Source of the DNA: Pelomyxa schiedti
Taxonomy: Eukaryota > Protista > Evosea
Direction of reading: 5' to 3'
Length of the DNA: 64,000 bases
Assembly (NCBI GenBank): GCA_020536535.1
Contig: JAHLWZ010000761.1
Coordinates: 4,053 to 68,052 of the forward strand
Part shown: positions 13,121 to 26,100 of the stretch, piece after piece
Layout of the letters: every line of letters starts with the position of its first letter
Position numbering within the stretch: the stretch's first letter is position 1
Position numbers and translations under genes: made by a program
Notes under the pieces: generated by a model
Databases searched by the model: none
What the model saw: the letters and a program-made list of their open reading frames with translations, nothing else
Told to the model about the DNA's origin: nothing

Positions 13121-13905
13121 ATGATGTCATTGTGCTACGCCTCTATTGCATCCCCCAGGTTCTCCCTTTGCTACCGTTCCCTGTCGGGTGCGTCATCTTT
13201 CCGGCCTATATTTTTATTTATTATTTCTTTTTTTTTTTGCCTTTTTATTTGCAACCTTGCATGTGGTGTGTTGGTTTTGTAGTATGTGTTTTTTGTGTTT
13301 TTTTGGGGGGTCACTCACTGTTGGAATGTGAAGGCACTCGTTACACTAAGACTGACGAGTGGATCAAGGTGGACGGCGACAAGGGCGCTTACGGCATCAC
13401 GGACCACGCACAACACGCTCTTGGTGACTTGGTCTTCGTCGAATTGCCCGCCAAGGGAGCAAAACTCGCTGCCAAGGTATTTTCACTGCGGTTTTATGGT
13501 CTCCCCTATGGAGGAACCAGCTTGTTCTCTTTTCGTTTATCTCACTTTATTGTTCTAAGGCTACGGCAGGAACAGTAGAGAGCGTGAAAACCGTCAGTGA
13601 AGTTTTCGCCCCAATGACTGGTGAAGTTGTCGAGGTTTTTATACAGTACCCTTTACATGTAATTTAAGTTTCGTTTTAGGTCAACACCGAACTCTCTTCC
13701 CAACCAACCATCATCAACAAGGATGCTGAAGGCCAGGGCTGGATTGCCAAACTCAAGGTTTGTTAACCTCCTTTCCACTCTGACTACTGCCTAAAATTAA
13801 AATTTTACTAACCCTTCAACACCTAAGCTCACCAAGCTCGATGAGTTCGAGTCCCTTCTCACTGAGGAACAATACAAGAAACACTGTGAAGAAAACCACC
13901 ACTAA
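13121..13905 (+). CDS. GCSH: Glycine cleavage system H protein with N-terminal presequence
   Basis: [11 protein letters not shown]...[19 protein letters not shown]...[22 protein letters not shown]...[15 protein letters not shown]. The lipoyl Lys is in VESVK. Stop TAA at 13903-13905. Confidence 0.95.
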
Positions 13906-13963
13906 ACACAATCAATCAATCAATAAATAAAGCCAGTACCGCACAGTCTGGTTTTTTCCCTCT

Positions 13964-15992
13964 TTATTTGTTTGCCTCTTTGTGAGTTTCTCTTTGTTCT
14001 TTACAAATGTAACAGTTAAGGGTTCTGGTTTGTCGACTTTCTGGGCTGCTTTGTGGGTTTTGTTGATTGGGTGGTTGTTGATTTTGTTGCTTTCCTCTTG
14101 GCTGGTGCAGCTGGAGATTTTTCTGCTTGTGCTGTTTGTCTTTCTTTTCTTTCTGTTTGGTACTTAGTATGTTGTAGGAGGAAAAAAAAGGGGGACTTAC
14201 TTCCAGTGGCACTTTGTACTGCCCTAGCTTGAAGGACAAATACAGGAGTGCGGAGTGAGGTTCCAGGTTGTAGTTCAACAACAAGTGTTAGCGTAGTGTG
14301 TAAGTGATCTCTGTGAATTGTTGAGTAGTGTGGCAGGTAATAATAATAGTACCTGGAGGATGAGCAATTTGACTTGCATTCGTTGAAGACGTAGACGTGA
14401 GTAGGGATATTGTTACAGATTATCTTTTCGGGTTGAAAAGGAGATTGTGAAGAAGCGCCGATTGTTAGGAGTTTACGAGTTGGAGCACAGTGTAAGCATG
14501 ATTCAATTTCTGAAAAATTCAATGCCATTTTCCGGCACAATTAAAATGGTTGAGTTGTACCTTCATTGGAGTTTTCTCTGTAACACTTAGCATTCAGTCC
14601 TGCAACAAGTACATCGTCAGAGGATAGTAAGAGTTGCTCCATGACTGGAACTGCAATTTTTATCATCATCTAGAATCTGGAGTCAGCCCACATATAGTGA
14701 TTCTCACTTTATTATTTCTCACTTGATTATAAAACGAATTTGTACAAAGACAATAAATACGAAATTATTGTATCCTCAAGTCACACCTGAAATTTTTTAT
14801 GTCTGAAAATCTTGTAAGTAGACAGGGATATTTCAAGCAACGGGGCACTCCCCCCAGAGCTAGCAGAAGCAGATAGCATGTTAGAAGGGTACAACTGTGT
14901 AGGAGAGGGCATCTGGGTGGCCTGTTCCGTGAATGGCAACTGCACCGGAGGGGGGCTCACAACCGTCGGCATGGTTTGTTGTGTCTGCAGCTGGCTCTCC
15001 AGCAGTCCAGACAGCGGCAGCGAGAGAGGCAGGGACGGGAGCGACAGCTGGTTTTGTAGTGGCAGCTGCAGGTTCGGCAGGTTCGGGTTCAGCAGAAGCT
15101 GCAGCTGCAGCAGCATCAGCGCCTGCAGAGAATCCGGCTGCTGAATCTGCAGGGATTCATGGAGCGGAACCGGCAACGGCGGCGGAGGCGGAAGCAACTG
15201 CTGCTGCTGTTGCTGCTGCTGTTGATGATGGTGTGATGCCTGGGCCGACGGCGCTTGCGGTTCCCGCTTGAGCGGCAGCGCCCCCGGGAATGGGAGCCCG
15301 GGCAGGGGGATCCCCTCCGAGTCGCCGCCGCCGCCGCCAACAATTCCCAGAGCGTGGGGGCCCGCCAGCTGCATCAGCGGGGGCAGGGCGAGGCTCGGCG
15401 GGGGGAAGCCCCGCCCGCCGCCGCAGGCCCCCTCCGCGTCGTCGTTGTCGTCTTCGTCGTCGTCGTCGTCGTCTTCGTAGTCTCCTTCGAGGTCGCCGCG
15501 CCCACCCCCAAACGCCGCCAGCTCCAATGGGTTGTGACTGTGCATGTGACCGTGATTGTGGTCATTGCCCCCGCTGGCGACCCTGCCGCGGCCTGCCCGG
15601 CTCTCGGCCTCCTCCACATTGGAGCACTCAGGGGCACCAGATGCAGTGGTAGCGGCGGTGGTGGTAGTCGTCGTCGTCGTCGTCGTGCTAGTGCTGCCGC
15701 CCTCCCGCGGGGGCGTATTGACGTCGACTCCCTCGTCTTCGTGCCACCTCCTACTCACGTGATTGGCAGAGGCCCCCGTGGCGCCGGCCCCGTCGCCCGG
15801 GAGGCCAGCCGCAGGGGCGAGCTCGAGCACGGTACCCCCGGGTGCTGCTGCCGTCGCGTCCCCCTCCGCCCCCGTCCCCGTCCCCGCCGCTGCTCCTGCT
15901 CCCTCCGCGTCGCACGGCTCCTGGAGCGGCGCCGGGGAAAGCAACTCGGGAGTAACTGGTTGCTGCTGTTGGTGTGTGGGGGAGCAAGCCAT
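13964..15992 (-). CDS. Low-complexity Gln/Pro/acidic protein with C-terminal CudA-like (STAT/p53-fold) domain; putative transcription factor
   Basis: A 403-aa first exon with polyQ, polyD and polyT tracts. Spliced C-terminal SCLHCAPTRKLLTIG...HVYVFNECKSNCSSSRDHLHTTLTLVVEL...FVLQAR resembles, from memory, the amoebozoan CudA core (C-x-S-S-R-x-H-L). Confidence 0.45.
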
Positions 15993-16365
15993 GGAATTGC
16001 TATGGTACCCAGGGGGTGGTGCGTGGTTTGTGAGGGTTTTTTTTTTGCCTTTTGTTTCTTTTGGTTTCTTTTTTTTTTTTGGTTGGGGGTGATTAGCACT
16101 AACAACCAGGGCATTCGCCGGCTAAATGCAGCTTCCTGTTTTGTGCGTCCTGTAATTCCCATCTCGGGGTAATCCCCATGAGTCTCCTCTGAGTCTCTGA
16201 CCTGAAAGCATTCTCCTGGGATTGGTGCGCCTCAGGAGCTGGGAGCCACAACAAGGCAGAGATGCTTGTTTGCAGGCCGCAGTCTGGACCAACTTGGGAC
16301 AGCGAAAGCCACAAAGGCTAAAAAACCTCCCCACCGTTTGTACTTGTACTTGTTTAAACGAGAAA

Positions 16366-17464
16366 ATGCTGCGCATGTTTGTCACGGACGTTAACTTTGA
16401 CCACATGACACTTGAGGCAGTGATCGAGGGACAAGCTCAAAGGCAAATCTGCTTGTGTCTCGTCGGCTCCACGAGGAAATTCAAAATGAACGTATCCACG
16501 CCGACGCCTCTTCGCCCTTGTTTGGAACCTATCGTGCCCCCGTCGTGCTACGTCGCCGGGCCCTCGCCGTCCCATAATCCCGCTCTGCCGGCTGATATTG
16601 CTGTGGCTTGGTGCCACGAGACCCTGGACTCCTCGGCGGTCCCTCTTCTTCACCCTGGGATGCCGGAGCCAGCAGTCAATTTCGTGCGATGTGGCGGACT
16701 CTCCTTCTGGAGGGGACAGAGAATTGTGGGAGCAGTAACTATTTCGAAAGACAGTCTGAGGGGCCTGGGATTGGCGACTCTCTCTTTTGCTAGTACTACG
16801 TATCCAAAAACTTGGACTGAAGAGGGGTATCTTCAATTTTTTTTTTGGGGGGGGGGGGGGACACAACTTACCACGTTGAACTAATTTAATATTACTGTTC
16901 ATACTATCAAACAAATATGCAATTGCTCAAGTGAGTAGGTTCTGCCAGCTTTTTGGAAGCGTGTTCAGGGATTTTGGAAACCCGAAAAGTATGCGCTGGG
17001 TACCCCCAAGCACCCAGCCCACATTCCCACTTGGAGGTTTTGCATTTATCCTAAAAGTGGGAGTAATGTCCGCCTCTCCTCTTCTCAGCATACAGCCCGA
17101 ACCTCAACTCCCCTCAGTTATAATAAAGTACGCAATACCCGCACATTCCTCATCACCAAATCATTTCACCTCCACTACAGTCACACCCACAACGCCGCAC
17201 ACAACACCAAGAACTTCAAACACTACCTCAAACAAAGCCAATACCACCGCTGCAACACCAGGACCGGTGGAAATCCTAGACACTAGCAGCATTCCCATCA
17301 ACCCAGAGCACATCCTGCTGTGCACAACATGCCACCAAAACGCACGCAGTGTAGTGCTCATGCCTTGCATGCACATCCTCACATGCAGAGACTGTTCTTC
17401 ATCACTAACCACATGTCCCGTTGACGCCCTCCTCATACAAAGGAAGCTCTGTATTTGTCCATAG
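16366..17464 (+). CDS. Protein with C-terminal IAP-type RING finger (putative E3 ligase)
   Basis: CTTCHQNARSVVLMPCMHILTCRDCSSSLTTCPVD at the C-terminus. N-terminal domain not recognised. One intron near 16830-16990. Confidence 0.75.
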
Positions 17465-17592
17465 TAACAACCAAAAAGCCATGCACCTCCCAAATTTGAT
17501 TCTCCGATTCGAAAAAAGATCTTCATCACCAAGTTTTTGTTCTCATAACGTTTTCCAACAGACACACAGCGAAACGCACACAGCCGAGGGAC

Positions 17593-20500
17593 ATGAGCAA
17601 CCAGGGCGGCGGAGATGGGACCGGCGGGAGTGGAACCCACGACCTCGGGGTTAACCCCTCTTCCGATGAAGGCGCTGTTGAAGCAGGGGGATTAGTTTTA
17701 CCTCCGTCGTTGATGTCTGACCTCCAAAGGGTTAGCCTTCTTGGCCTGTACAAATATTATTTGTTTTGGGTTTTTTTTTTTTTTTTTTTTTTTTACCCAA
17801 AAAATCCCCAAGTCAAATAACGACAAAGTCACTGACAAAACAACACCAAAAAAAAAAAAAAATGTACCTTTAAAATAAAGCTCATTCTTCCTGGTGTGGG
17901 AGTAGTTGCTGGGGTGAGTGAATTCTTGTGGGTTGTTTGCAAGGCCTTGATACTGAGGGAAACTAGCTTACATTTATGTGACGGTGTTTTGAGGCTCTTG
18001 GAGAGTACTGGTTGTACAACACCATTTCTGGCCCACACTATTACTACCGAGATACAAGAAACCAGTTATTTTTGAAGCCCCCCACAAACCTTTCATATCG
18101 GGTAACCATTAATATGTAGGTTCTGCACCAACACTTTTCCGCAGTAACTGTGTAGCTACGAGGCTCGTTTCCCAGTACTTCAAGCTGCGTGGAGCTGCCT
18201 ACTTAAAGCACTGCTTGTCACATATAATAAGCACACTACAGTCAGAGCCCAGTTTAGAAGTTGATTGTTACTCTCCTATGGGTTCTGACTTAATTTGGTG
18301 AAATGCAGGTTGATATTGTCAAATTGCAGCAAGCCTCCAATGCAAATGTATCAAGTACTCCCGGAAGTGGTGACCAATCATTTTGGGAATCAAAAGCAAA
18401 GGACAACGCCATACGAGTTGTACAATTGTCACAGCGTTTATTTGATCACATTTGTAATTCAGTGGATCAATGTCCGATGTGAGTAGGTTCACCTTCACTA
18501 CATACTGTTGTGGTTCATTTTTTTTTTTAGGAATTTTCGAGTGCTCTTTGCCCATGCCAAACAACAAGCTCAACACAAATTCCCTGCGGCTGCTTCCCTG
18601 GTTGTTGGAGGCTTTGTGTTTCTACGATTTTTGTGCCCAGCAATTGTTGCTCCTGAGGCACATGGATTGCTATCTGGTTATAAAGTTTACACTTTGTAAC
18701 CTCTAATGTTCTGGTCCAGGATCTATGTCCCAAACAATGAGACGCAACTTAGTTTTAGTCAGTAAACTTCTGCAAACGTTGGCAAATGGAGTAACAGAAG
18801 GTCTCGTATCACATCCAGCTTTTACTGCCTTTTTGACAATAAACTGTGAAGCGTGCTCCTCCTTTTACACAAATCTAACTGTATGTCTTCAAGTTTTTTC
18901 TGCACTCCTTAAGAAACCCAAACAGAGTGTTGCAATTGATACCACCCCCACGGCAACTTCAGTCACACCATATGCACTGATGACAGACGATTTGACCTAC
19001 ATTTTTACCAAAGTGTTTCAGAATATCGAAATCTTCAATGACAGTGCAAAGGACTTACTTGTGCGTTGTTCCTTTTTTTTTTCAGCACTTACTCTGCAAA
19101 GGAAATGAGAAAACAAGTTCAAGAGCTTGTGAATTCGGCAACAGTTCTCGAGAAAGGGAACAAGCTACTTACGAAGCTCTTCAAAAAGTATACAAAAGCT
19201 GCCGCAGCTACAACACAAGCGGTTGCAACAACAGTATCACCAGAAGAGGCATTAAAGAAGGTGCGTGATAAATCATCTGAGGAAAACCAACAGCCTTGCT
19301 AATAAAATTTGTAAGGATATTGCCTCCAAGCTGGATGAACTTACGTGCATGGCTCGCACAAATAATGAATCTGAAACAATGACGAAAATTAAAGTAGTTC
19401 TACATCTCAAACATAAGTCAATTGATGTGACACAGAAAATGCAACAAGAAATTGAACAACTCAAAAAGGATATCCAAATAGAGAGAGATATGCGACTCAA
19501 ACTTGGGAAAGAAGTTGACAAAAAGCATGGCACCTCACAAATCCCTCGGCTGTTTTCCAAGGGCATTTCTACCTCTTCTGCTGTTGAGGCAGTTACAAAA
19601 TTTGAACCGTTACCATCTAAGGTAATGTTTTCAGTCTGTTGCTTATAATTCTTACTTTTTTTTTTTTTCAAGGAACTTGCCACAAGTGCAAATCAGCGTA
19701 CTCCGGTGCTAGCCCCACTTGAGTTCTCAGACCCACTATCTACTATTGTACAAAAACCGGCACCACCCCAACTTGCACCTCTTGTTCCATCACCCTCCCA
19801 GATTCACTTTCAGAACAGCACCAAACAGTTTCAGGTAACTCCACAGTTTTCCCTTTTACTCTGAACCAAACCAGGATTTAAATTTGCTTATAGATGCCGC
19901 TTTTCAAAGAATCGATAACATTCTCATGAGGATGGATGATACAACAGTTATTTACAAGTCAATCATTCTCACAGTAGGCACTGTTATGAAAGATTTAACT
20001 AGGGTAGTTTACCGTATGAGAACTGGCAAGTCTGAAAATAACTCCCCTCTTTTTGTCAGGTTATCTCTATCCCATTTAGCGAGCCATTTGAGGCAACCCC
20101 TGTAGCAGCGTTGCAGTCCGCTGCAATTGGTTCTGTTACGCCGGATCAAGTTGAACACCTAATGTAATATTTTTGGTAGCTCCCAAATAAGAGTGTGTTT
20201 AGGAAGATATCAGCACGAGTACTTGGCCAGTGCCGTGAATATGTAATGAACACCTTGACTCAAGACTTGACGTTGTCCAGTTTACCTTCCCTGATAGTTA
20301 GGGCTTTTTACATCAACAATGTAATTCCTGCAAGCCCTTCCATCCTGCACCAACTCATTCAAATCCCTTCTCCTCCTCCCCCTCCCCCTCCGCCTTAGAT
20401 GTTGGAATCGTGCTGCACAGCCCTAGGTTTCGCCCTCCCCCAACCAGCACTAAACTTCCCCCCACCAACACCAAGCCCCGACGGCTTCCGCAATATCACG

Positions 20501-21121
20501 CCCGAATTCAGCACGGCCCCGCCGCAGCCGTCCCCGCGGCTACCCCCACCACCGCAACAACATCAGTATCAGTATCAGCAGCAGCAGCAGCCACAATTTC
20601 AGCCGCAGCAACCAGCTCCCGCCCCGCCACCGACTGCCCCCACGCAATCCTCAGCTTCCCCACCGCTGACTCCCACCACCTCACCGCACCCGGCATCTCC
20701 CCCGCAGCAGCCCTCCACCATGGCTCCCCTTCCACCCCCGGCGTCGCTGGCCCCTCCCCCTCCTCTCCCGACAGCTTCCGCTCCCACCACCACCACCACA
20801 TCCCCCGCTTCTTCCACTTCCCCACAGCTCACTCCCACCACAGCAACCCCGGCGCCAGCAACAACTGCCTCATCCTCCTCTGCAACTCCGGCACCCATTC
20901 CAAATAACAGTTCCCCCACTTCCTCCAGCAACAGCCCAACCACCACACCAGCAGCAACACCCACAACCACAGTCACAGTGACAGTAACAGGAGCCGGAAC
21001 AGTACAGAACCCACCCTCTTCGTCGGCTTCTTCTTCAGCCTCACCTACACAAGGAATAAGGCAGCCTCGACCTGCCTTCCAGACAGCTTTTGTACCTGCC
21101 ACCCCTCAGAAACGTTGCTGA
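17593..21121 (+). CDS. RasGAP-domain protein with coiled coil and Pro/Ser/Thr-rich tail
   Basis: AASLVVGGFVFLRFLCPAIVAPEAHGL...RRNLVLVSKLLQTLANG is the RasGAP signature. Followed by a coiled coil (KMQQEIEQLKKDIQIERDMR) and a Pro-rich last exon. Confidence 0.9.
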
Positions 21122-21128
21122 CGACGAG

Positions 21129-23052
21129 TCACATCAGGTCCAGTCCAGGATTCAGTATCGAAAATGGAATTGGGTTTTTTTGGTTGTACTCTAGTATCCG
21201 TGAACAATAAAATAAGATTTTCTTTTTTCTTTCGTCACACCCGCCAACAGGGTTGGAGGGCATGCCCCCCTTTGAGCCGCAGGAAAAAGCCTGGTAATTG
21301 TTGTTGGAGCATTGTGAGTTCATCAGAGTTTAGGAACAGGAACTTCTCTAGCAATACTGTGCAAGGGCGCCATCGAGAAAGAACAGTAAACAAGGTCTTA
21401 CTTGTGAGTGGAAGGCCCAGGAGAGAAACACAATCAAAGTCGAAGAGCTGCGAGCCGAGAATTTGCAGTAGGCCTGTTGTTTTGGTTACTTCACTGGCAT
21501 CACCTGTTAAGAGAAAAACTAAAAAGGATACATACAAATAGTGCCTTCAGAGCAAGATACACCATCCTCAAAGCACATATGCTTCACCTTAAGCTGGTGC
21601 AGCCGTTTTGGAGTGTTTTCGGAATCAATGAATTCGATGGGCTCATTGCAATCAAAATTCACTGATAAGCACGATAGTGTGGGAGATGACCGGCACAGAC
21701 GTTGTAATCCAACTAGATTTCCGCTTGACACAAACAGGCCCAGGTGCGAAAGACGAGGTAAACGGGACAGGAGAAGGACCTGCAGGTCAGACAGTTGGGT
21801 CTTCATAAGTTTCAAGCAAGATAGATTGACACAGTTCCTGGATATCGCCTCCACCACTCTTAGGTCAATAGTTCTCCAGGTCCAGTAGACTTGGCATTTG
21901 TAAGAAAGCATGCTTATTTTTCTGATTCTGAAACGTACGATCCATTTTGGTCAGAAGTGGGCATTGTACAGTTAAACATTCCACAGACTTCCAGGTCAAT
22001 CCACAGCAAGATATATACTTGAGAAGGCTTGGGAACGTGGTAATATCCAGAGTTGTCTTAGCTGCCGATGTGTGAAAAACCAATCTGTTCAAGTTTGGAA
22101 ACCTGGGCAGCAGAAAACAAAGAACAGATGGTGTACTGTAGGAAAAATTGAGTTCTTCGATTGGGAATGGAGTTTCATTCACTGAACCCAGCACACCACT
22201 TGGGTGGTGTGTCCATTCTATATGAACTCGCTTCAAAGCTGGGAGAGCCGCGAAAAAGGAATCTACCATTCTCCAGTTGTCAATATCGACACGGTTGGAA
22301 ACGTGAAGTTTTGCAAGGAATTTCGCTGTGGAGCACAGTTGCAATAGGGCCCGCAACGGTATGGTTGCTTTGACTCCACGGTAATCAAGAAGGTTAAGAT
22401 CCTTCAAGTGAGTAAAGTTCAACTCAGGGATAGGAAATATATCCCAAGATACGTGTATCAGTGTTAAAGCTTCGACGTGTGGAGCTACAGCTACAAGTAA
22501 CCCGGACATTACTTGAATGCAATCACAGCGGATATCAACAACTTTTAGCTTCGGGGAGCAGAACAAGTCTGCGATAGCTTCCTGGACCCCCAGGCGTGGA
22601 ATTTTTGTGAATGAAATAACAGCTGATATAGACTGGAGCAGAGGAGCAAGCCTTGAAACCCTAACCCACATGGCACAAGGATCCAGTATACCCGTGGGGC
22701 CAGGGTCCCGGCGGCAGCCCACATCATCAAACAGCAGATGGATTCCCGGCACACACCTCAAGTAGTACGCACACTCCAGCCTCTCCAACATACATCGTTT
22801 CACAACGACATTCAACTCCTGAAGTAACAAAAGTAAGCAAAACAAAACAAAAAAAAAAAAAAAAAAAAGACGAAACTGAAACAGACGCGTAACATTGTAC
22901 AGGGACCACACGTCGTTGCACGAAACTGCGTCCCTAATTGCGCGGCATACGGATCTCAACCCCACGACTTGTCTCGCATGTCCGCATACCACCATAACCT
23001 TGGCCACACAATAAAACACCTGCCCCAGTTCGTCGAGGTACCGAGTAGCCAT
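21129..23052 (-). CDS. F-box-like/leucine-rich repeat protein (3' end uncertain, 21129-21237)
   Basis: N-terminal LRSVCRAIRDAVSCNDVW (F-box-like). Repeated LxxLxL units such as LKDLNLL, LKRVHI, FPNLNRLVF, CVNLSCLKL and LPRLSHLGL. Confidence 0.65.
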
Positions 23053-23116
23053 GCCGACCAATAACCAAAAAAAGCCAAAATGCAATAAAATTTTAAAAAT
23101 AGTACACAAACAAAAC

Positions 23117-26100
23117 TTAAGTCGACTGTGACGTCTTTAGGTCACCAAGTCTGGGAGGTGGGGTACTAGATTGTAGCAGTGTCAGTGTACTACTAGGTGT
23201 GATTGTAGTGTTACCTATCCCGAATGATGTGGGTGTTGTTGTTGTGGTGGTGGTGGTTGATGCTGGTGTTGATGTTGATGCTGCCGCTGGCGTTGCTGGT
23301 GGTGTGGGTGCTGTAAATGCTGATGCTGCTGCTGCTGTTGTTGTTGTTGGAGTGGTGGTAGAAGAAGGATGCGTTGCGTCTGCAGAATCAGAGGCTGTGA
23401 GTGACGACGACGACGAAGATAGCAACGAGGACGAACACAATGGGGGCGGGGTCGGGGAGGGGGATGACTTGCAGACGACGGCAAGGGCGTCCAGCCACGT
23501 GGTGCACGTGTGCTGGGTCTTGGCAACGAACACCATTATGGCGTTGTTGTTGTGCAGGCTGAAGGAATACGGCGACTGCTTCTTCACCGTCAGGTTGCTC
23601 GTGGGCATCACTCCTACGGCCGTAGCGGACTGGTTGGTTGGTTTGGTTAGTACTTGAAATTTTTGAAGTGATGATATATGTTTAGGTGATGTAGATTGCA
23701 GGACAAACCAACCTTGGAAGTGCGGAAAATGGTAAACTGGCTGTGGTGAAGAACACACCACTTTTGCGTTGTTGCCGAGACCCCTTTTTTGGAGAGGATA
23801 CCTTGCATTATGGGCAACGTTGGATTGAAGTGATCCAGTGGTGACTCCTGGAATTGATAGTACAAGTGTTCGAGAAAATCCCTGAAAAAAGTTCAGAGTG
23901 AAAAAAAAAAAGAGGTGGGGGAATACAAAGACACTGTAGCATGATTAATTCCCTCCACCCATCGCTGGAGGGTTATCTTGGGTGTAGTCGTGCTCAATGC
24001 CCAACAAGCTTGAGCTATTGAAAGTACTGATTCCAAGGGAATATTAGATGGCTGTGATCTTGTCCAGTACTTATTGGCAAATATCTGTAGGACTTGGTCC
24101 ACCTTAGAGCTGGAACTTGGTTGTCCGCATGCACGGAAGACTCTTCTCAAAGCCATCTCAAAATCGAGCCCAGTAATGTCAATGCACATGACAAACTCTT
24201 TAAGCAGTTCGGACTGTGACGGATCAAGTATGTAATCACACAAGGCGGTGCAATCAAGAAACCAGCATGTGCTTGACAAAAAGTGAGCCACAGATTGAGG
24301 AGTAGAACCTATCACACGGCTTTCTTGTAACTTAGTGATTGAGTGCCAAGCGTTTTCCTTGAAGGCATTGACTGCAGATTCGTCAAGAGGACAAGGGGGT
24401 GGTGGGAGGGCTGTCCCGAAAACCGATGTCGGAGTAGAGTGTATTTGAGGGTGAGTTGTTGGAACAACAGTGGTGGGTAGGTTAATATCTTGATCTGGTG
24501 GCTGCTGTACCGTAGCATTTAGGGGAGGAGATTGTGGTATTGAAATGCTTTGAGCAAGGGAGTGTGTTTGTGAATACGTCCGCATATGTACATGTGTTTG
24601 GGTACCTGTCTTCGAAGGTGGAGGTACTGTGGAATGTGACTGGCCTGAAACAGGCAAGAGAGCAGTAGTTGACAGATGTAGCAGTGAGGGCAAGTGGTGT
24701 GAAGAAGCGGATGGCAACTGTTGTGCAGGACGCTGTGGGATTGGCTTTACAACGTCTCCAACAGTTTGAGGTAGTTGCCAAAGCGAAGGAGACGATGCTG
24801 ACGTAATACATAATTGAATTGGAGTCGGGCTTGTGGAACGATGCAACGTGGATGCAGAGTTACGAGGTACAACAGAAGCAACTGGGGTAGGTGTGGAACA
24901 ATCGGGGGTACCACTAGAACTGGAGTGAGGTGGAATGCACAAGTCATTTGAGGGTATATTTTCTGCACATTTTTCGTGCATACTCACGTCCAGGCAAACT
25001 AATTTAATTAATTGCGAGATTGAGATATCGGTGCACACCTCTACAACGCAATGCCTGCTTTCCAACAGTGATATGTCTAGAGCATACAATGCAATATGCA
25101 ACGGACTTGAAAGTGAAAGGTTCGAAGTTATGTTGATTATAGTGAGTATCCCACGAACAGAGCTTTCGATCGTCCGAACCTGTTGCGATGTACGTGTAAC
25201 AATGGAAATGAAGATTAAATACTAACCACTCCAAATTATGGCAGGATTCTGTGAAACTAGTAGGAGGCAAGTGATTGCTCCCTTGTGGCCGCTCGATATC
25301 GTTTGAATGCAGTCCCGTGTCTTGACATCCCAAACTCTTATTGTCTGAAGGAGAGTTAGTAGTGAGACTAAACAATAGAAATTAACTTTGTCCCAAGAGC
25401 AACTCCAAACCCTCACGCCAATACTGAGAAGATCGTTCACTCGTGTGGCATTCAGAATCCCTTTGCATGAACGCTGCTAAATATGGGTTGGTTATAAGTT
25501 CAATCTGTATTTACACACCTCTGCATCCCAAACAACGATTGTGTTATTTGCGTGGGCGGTCCAAATTTCTTCAGAAGAGCCCCTTCCTGGCACAACAGCC
25601 ATGGCGGTGACCGATGACCTCTCCCGGTTAAACTCCGGGGTGATTTTGTATGTCTATTTGGCATTAGTTTTTCGAGAAGAAGGAATGAAGTAGCGCACTT
25701 TGGTATCACATGTACATATCCCCTGTGGGGTCCCTATCCATACATTTGTACCACATACAATGACTTTGAAAACGAGTGTATGGAATTGTATAACCTTGAT
25801 GCTCTCCAAAGCCTTAAAATTTACAACATTAGAAGCTAGAAATTGCATTGGCATGGGGTATCACAGGAGACCAGATGCGAATGGTCTGATCGGCACCAGT
25901 GGTCCAAATTTGTTTCTTGTTGACAACAATGATGGATTGGATGGGACCGCGATTATGTGCTTTCACTGTCCGTCCATAGTTGCCATTCTTAGTTGAGTTA
26001 GGAATCCTTGGCATAAATTGAAGGTAATTACAATATCGTACACTCGTAGATTGCAATCATCACATGCCACCCAAACGGTATCAAATATTGAAACTAAAGC

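Noticed and set aside
14650-14730. T-box-like peptide KVRITICGLTPDSR
   Set aside because: All three frames hit stops here. The segment is better explained as intron (acceptor TTCTAG before MMIKIAV).
14781-16172. Multiple overlapping ORFs in GC-rich zones (also 28594-29709, 48206-49110, 50607-51311 and 51513-52933)
   Set aside because: High GC suppresses stop codons. Only one frame per locus gives a coherent, spliceable or recognisable protein.
16130-16330. SRP RNA or RNase P/MRP resemblance (gtcctgtaattccca, GGGG-TAAT-CCCC hairpin)
   Set aside because: The helix-8 AGG/GNRA/AGCA motif and the P4 CR-I/CR-V motifs could not be found.
21100-21240. Overlapping convergent stop codons of RasGAP and the LRR gene
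   Set aside because: The overlap needs a splice phase not supported by the GT donor. The supported phases end the LRR gene at 21129-21237, outside RasGAP.
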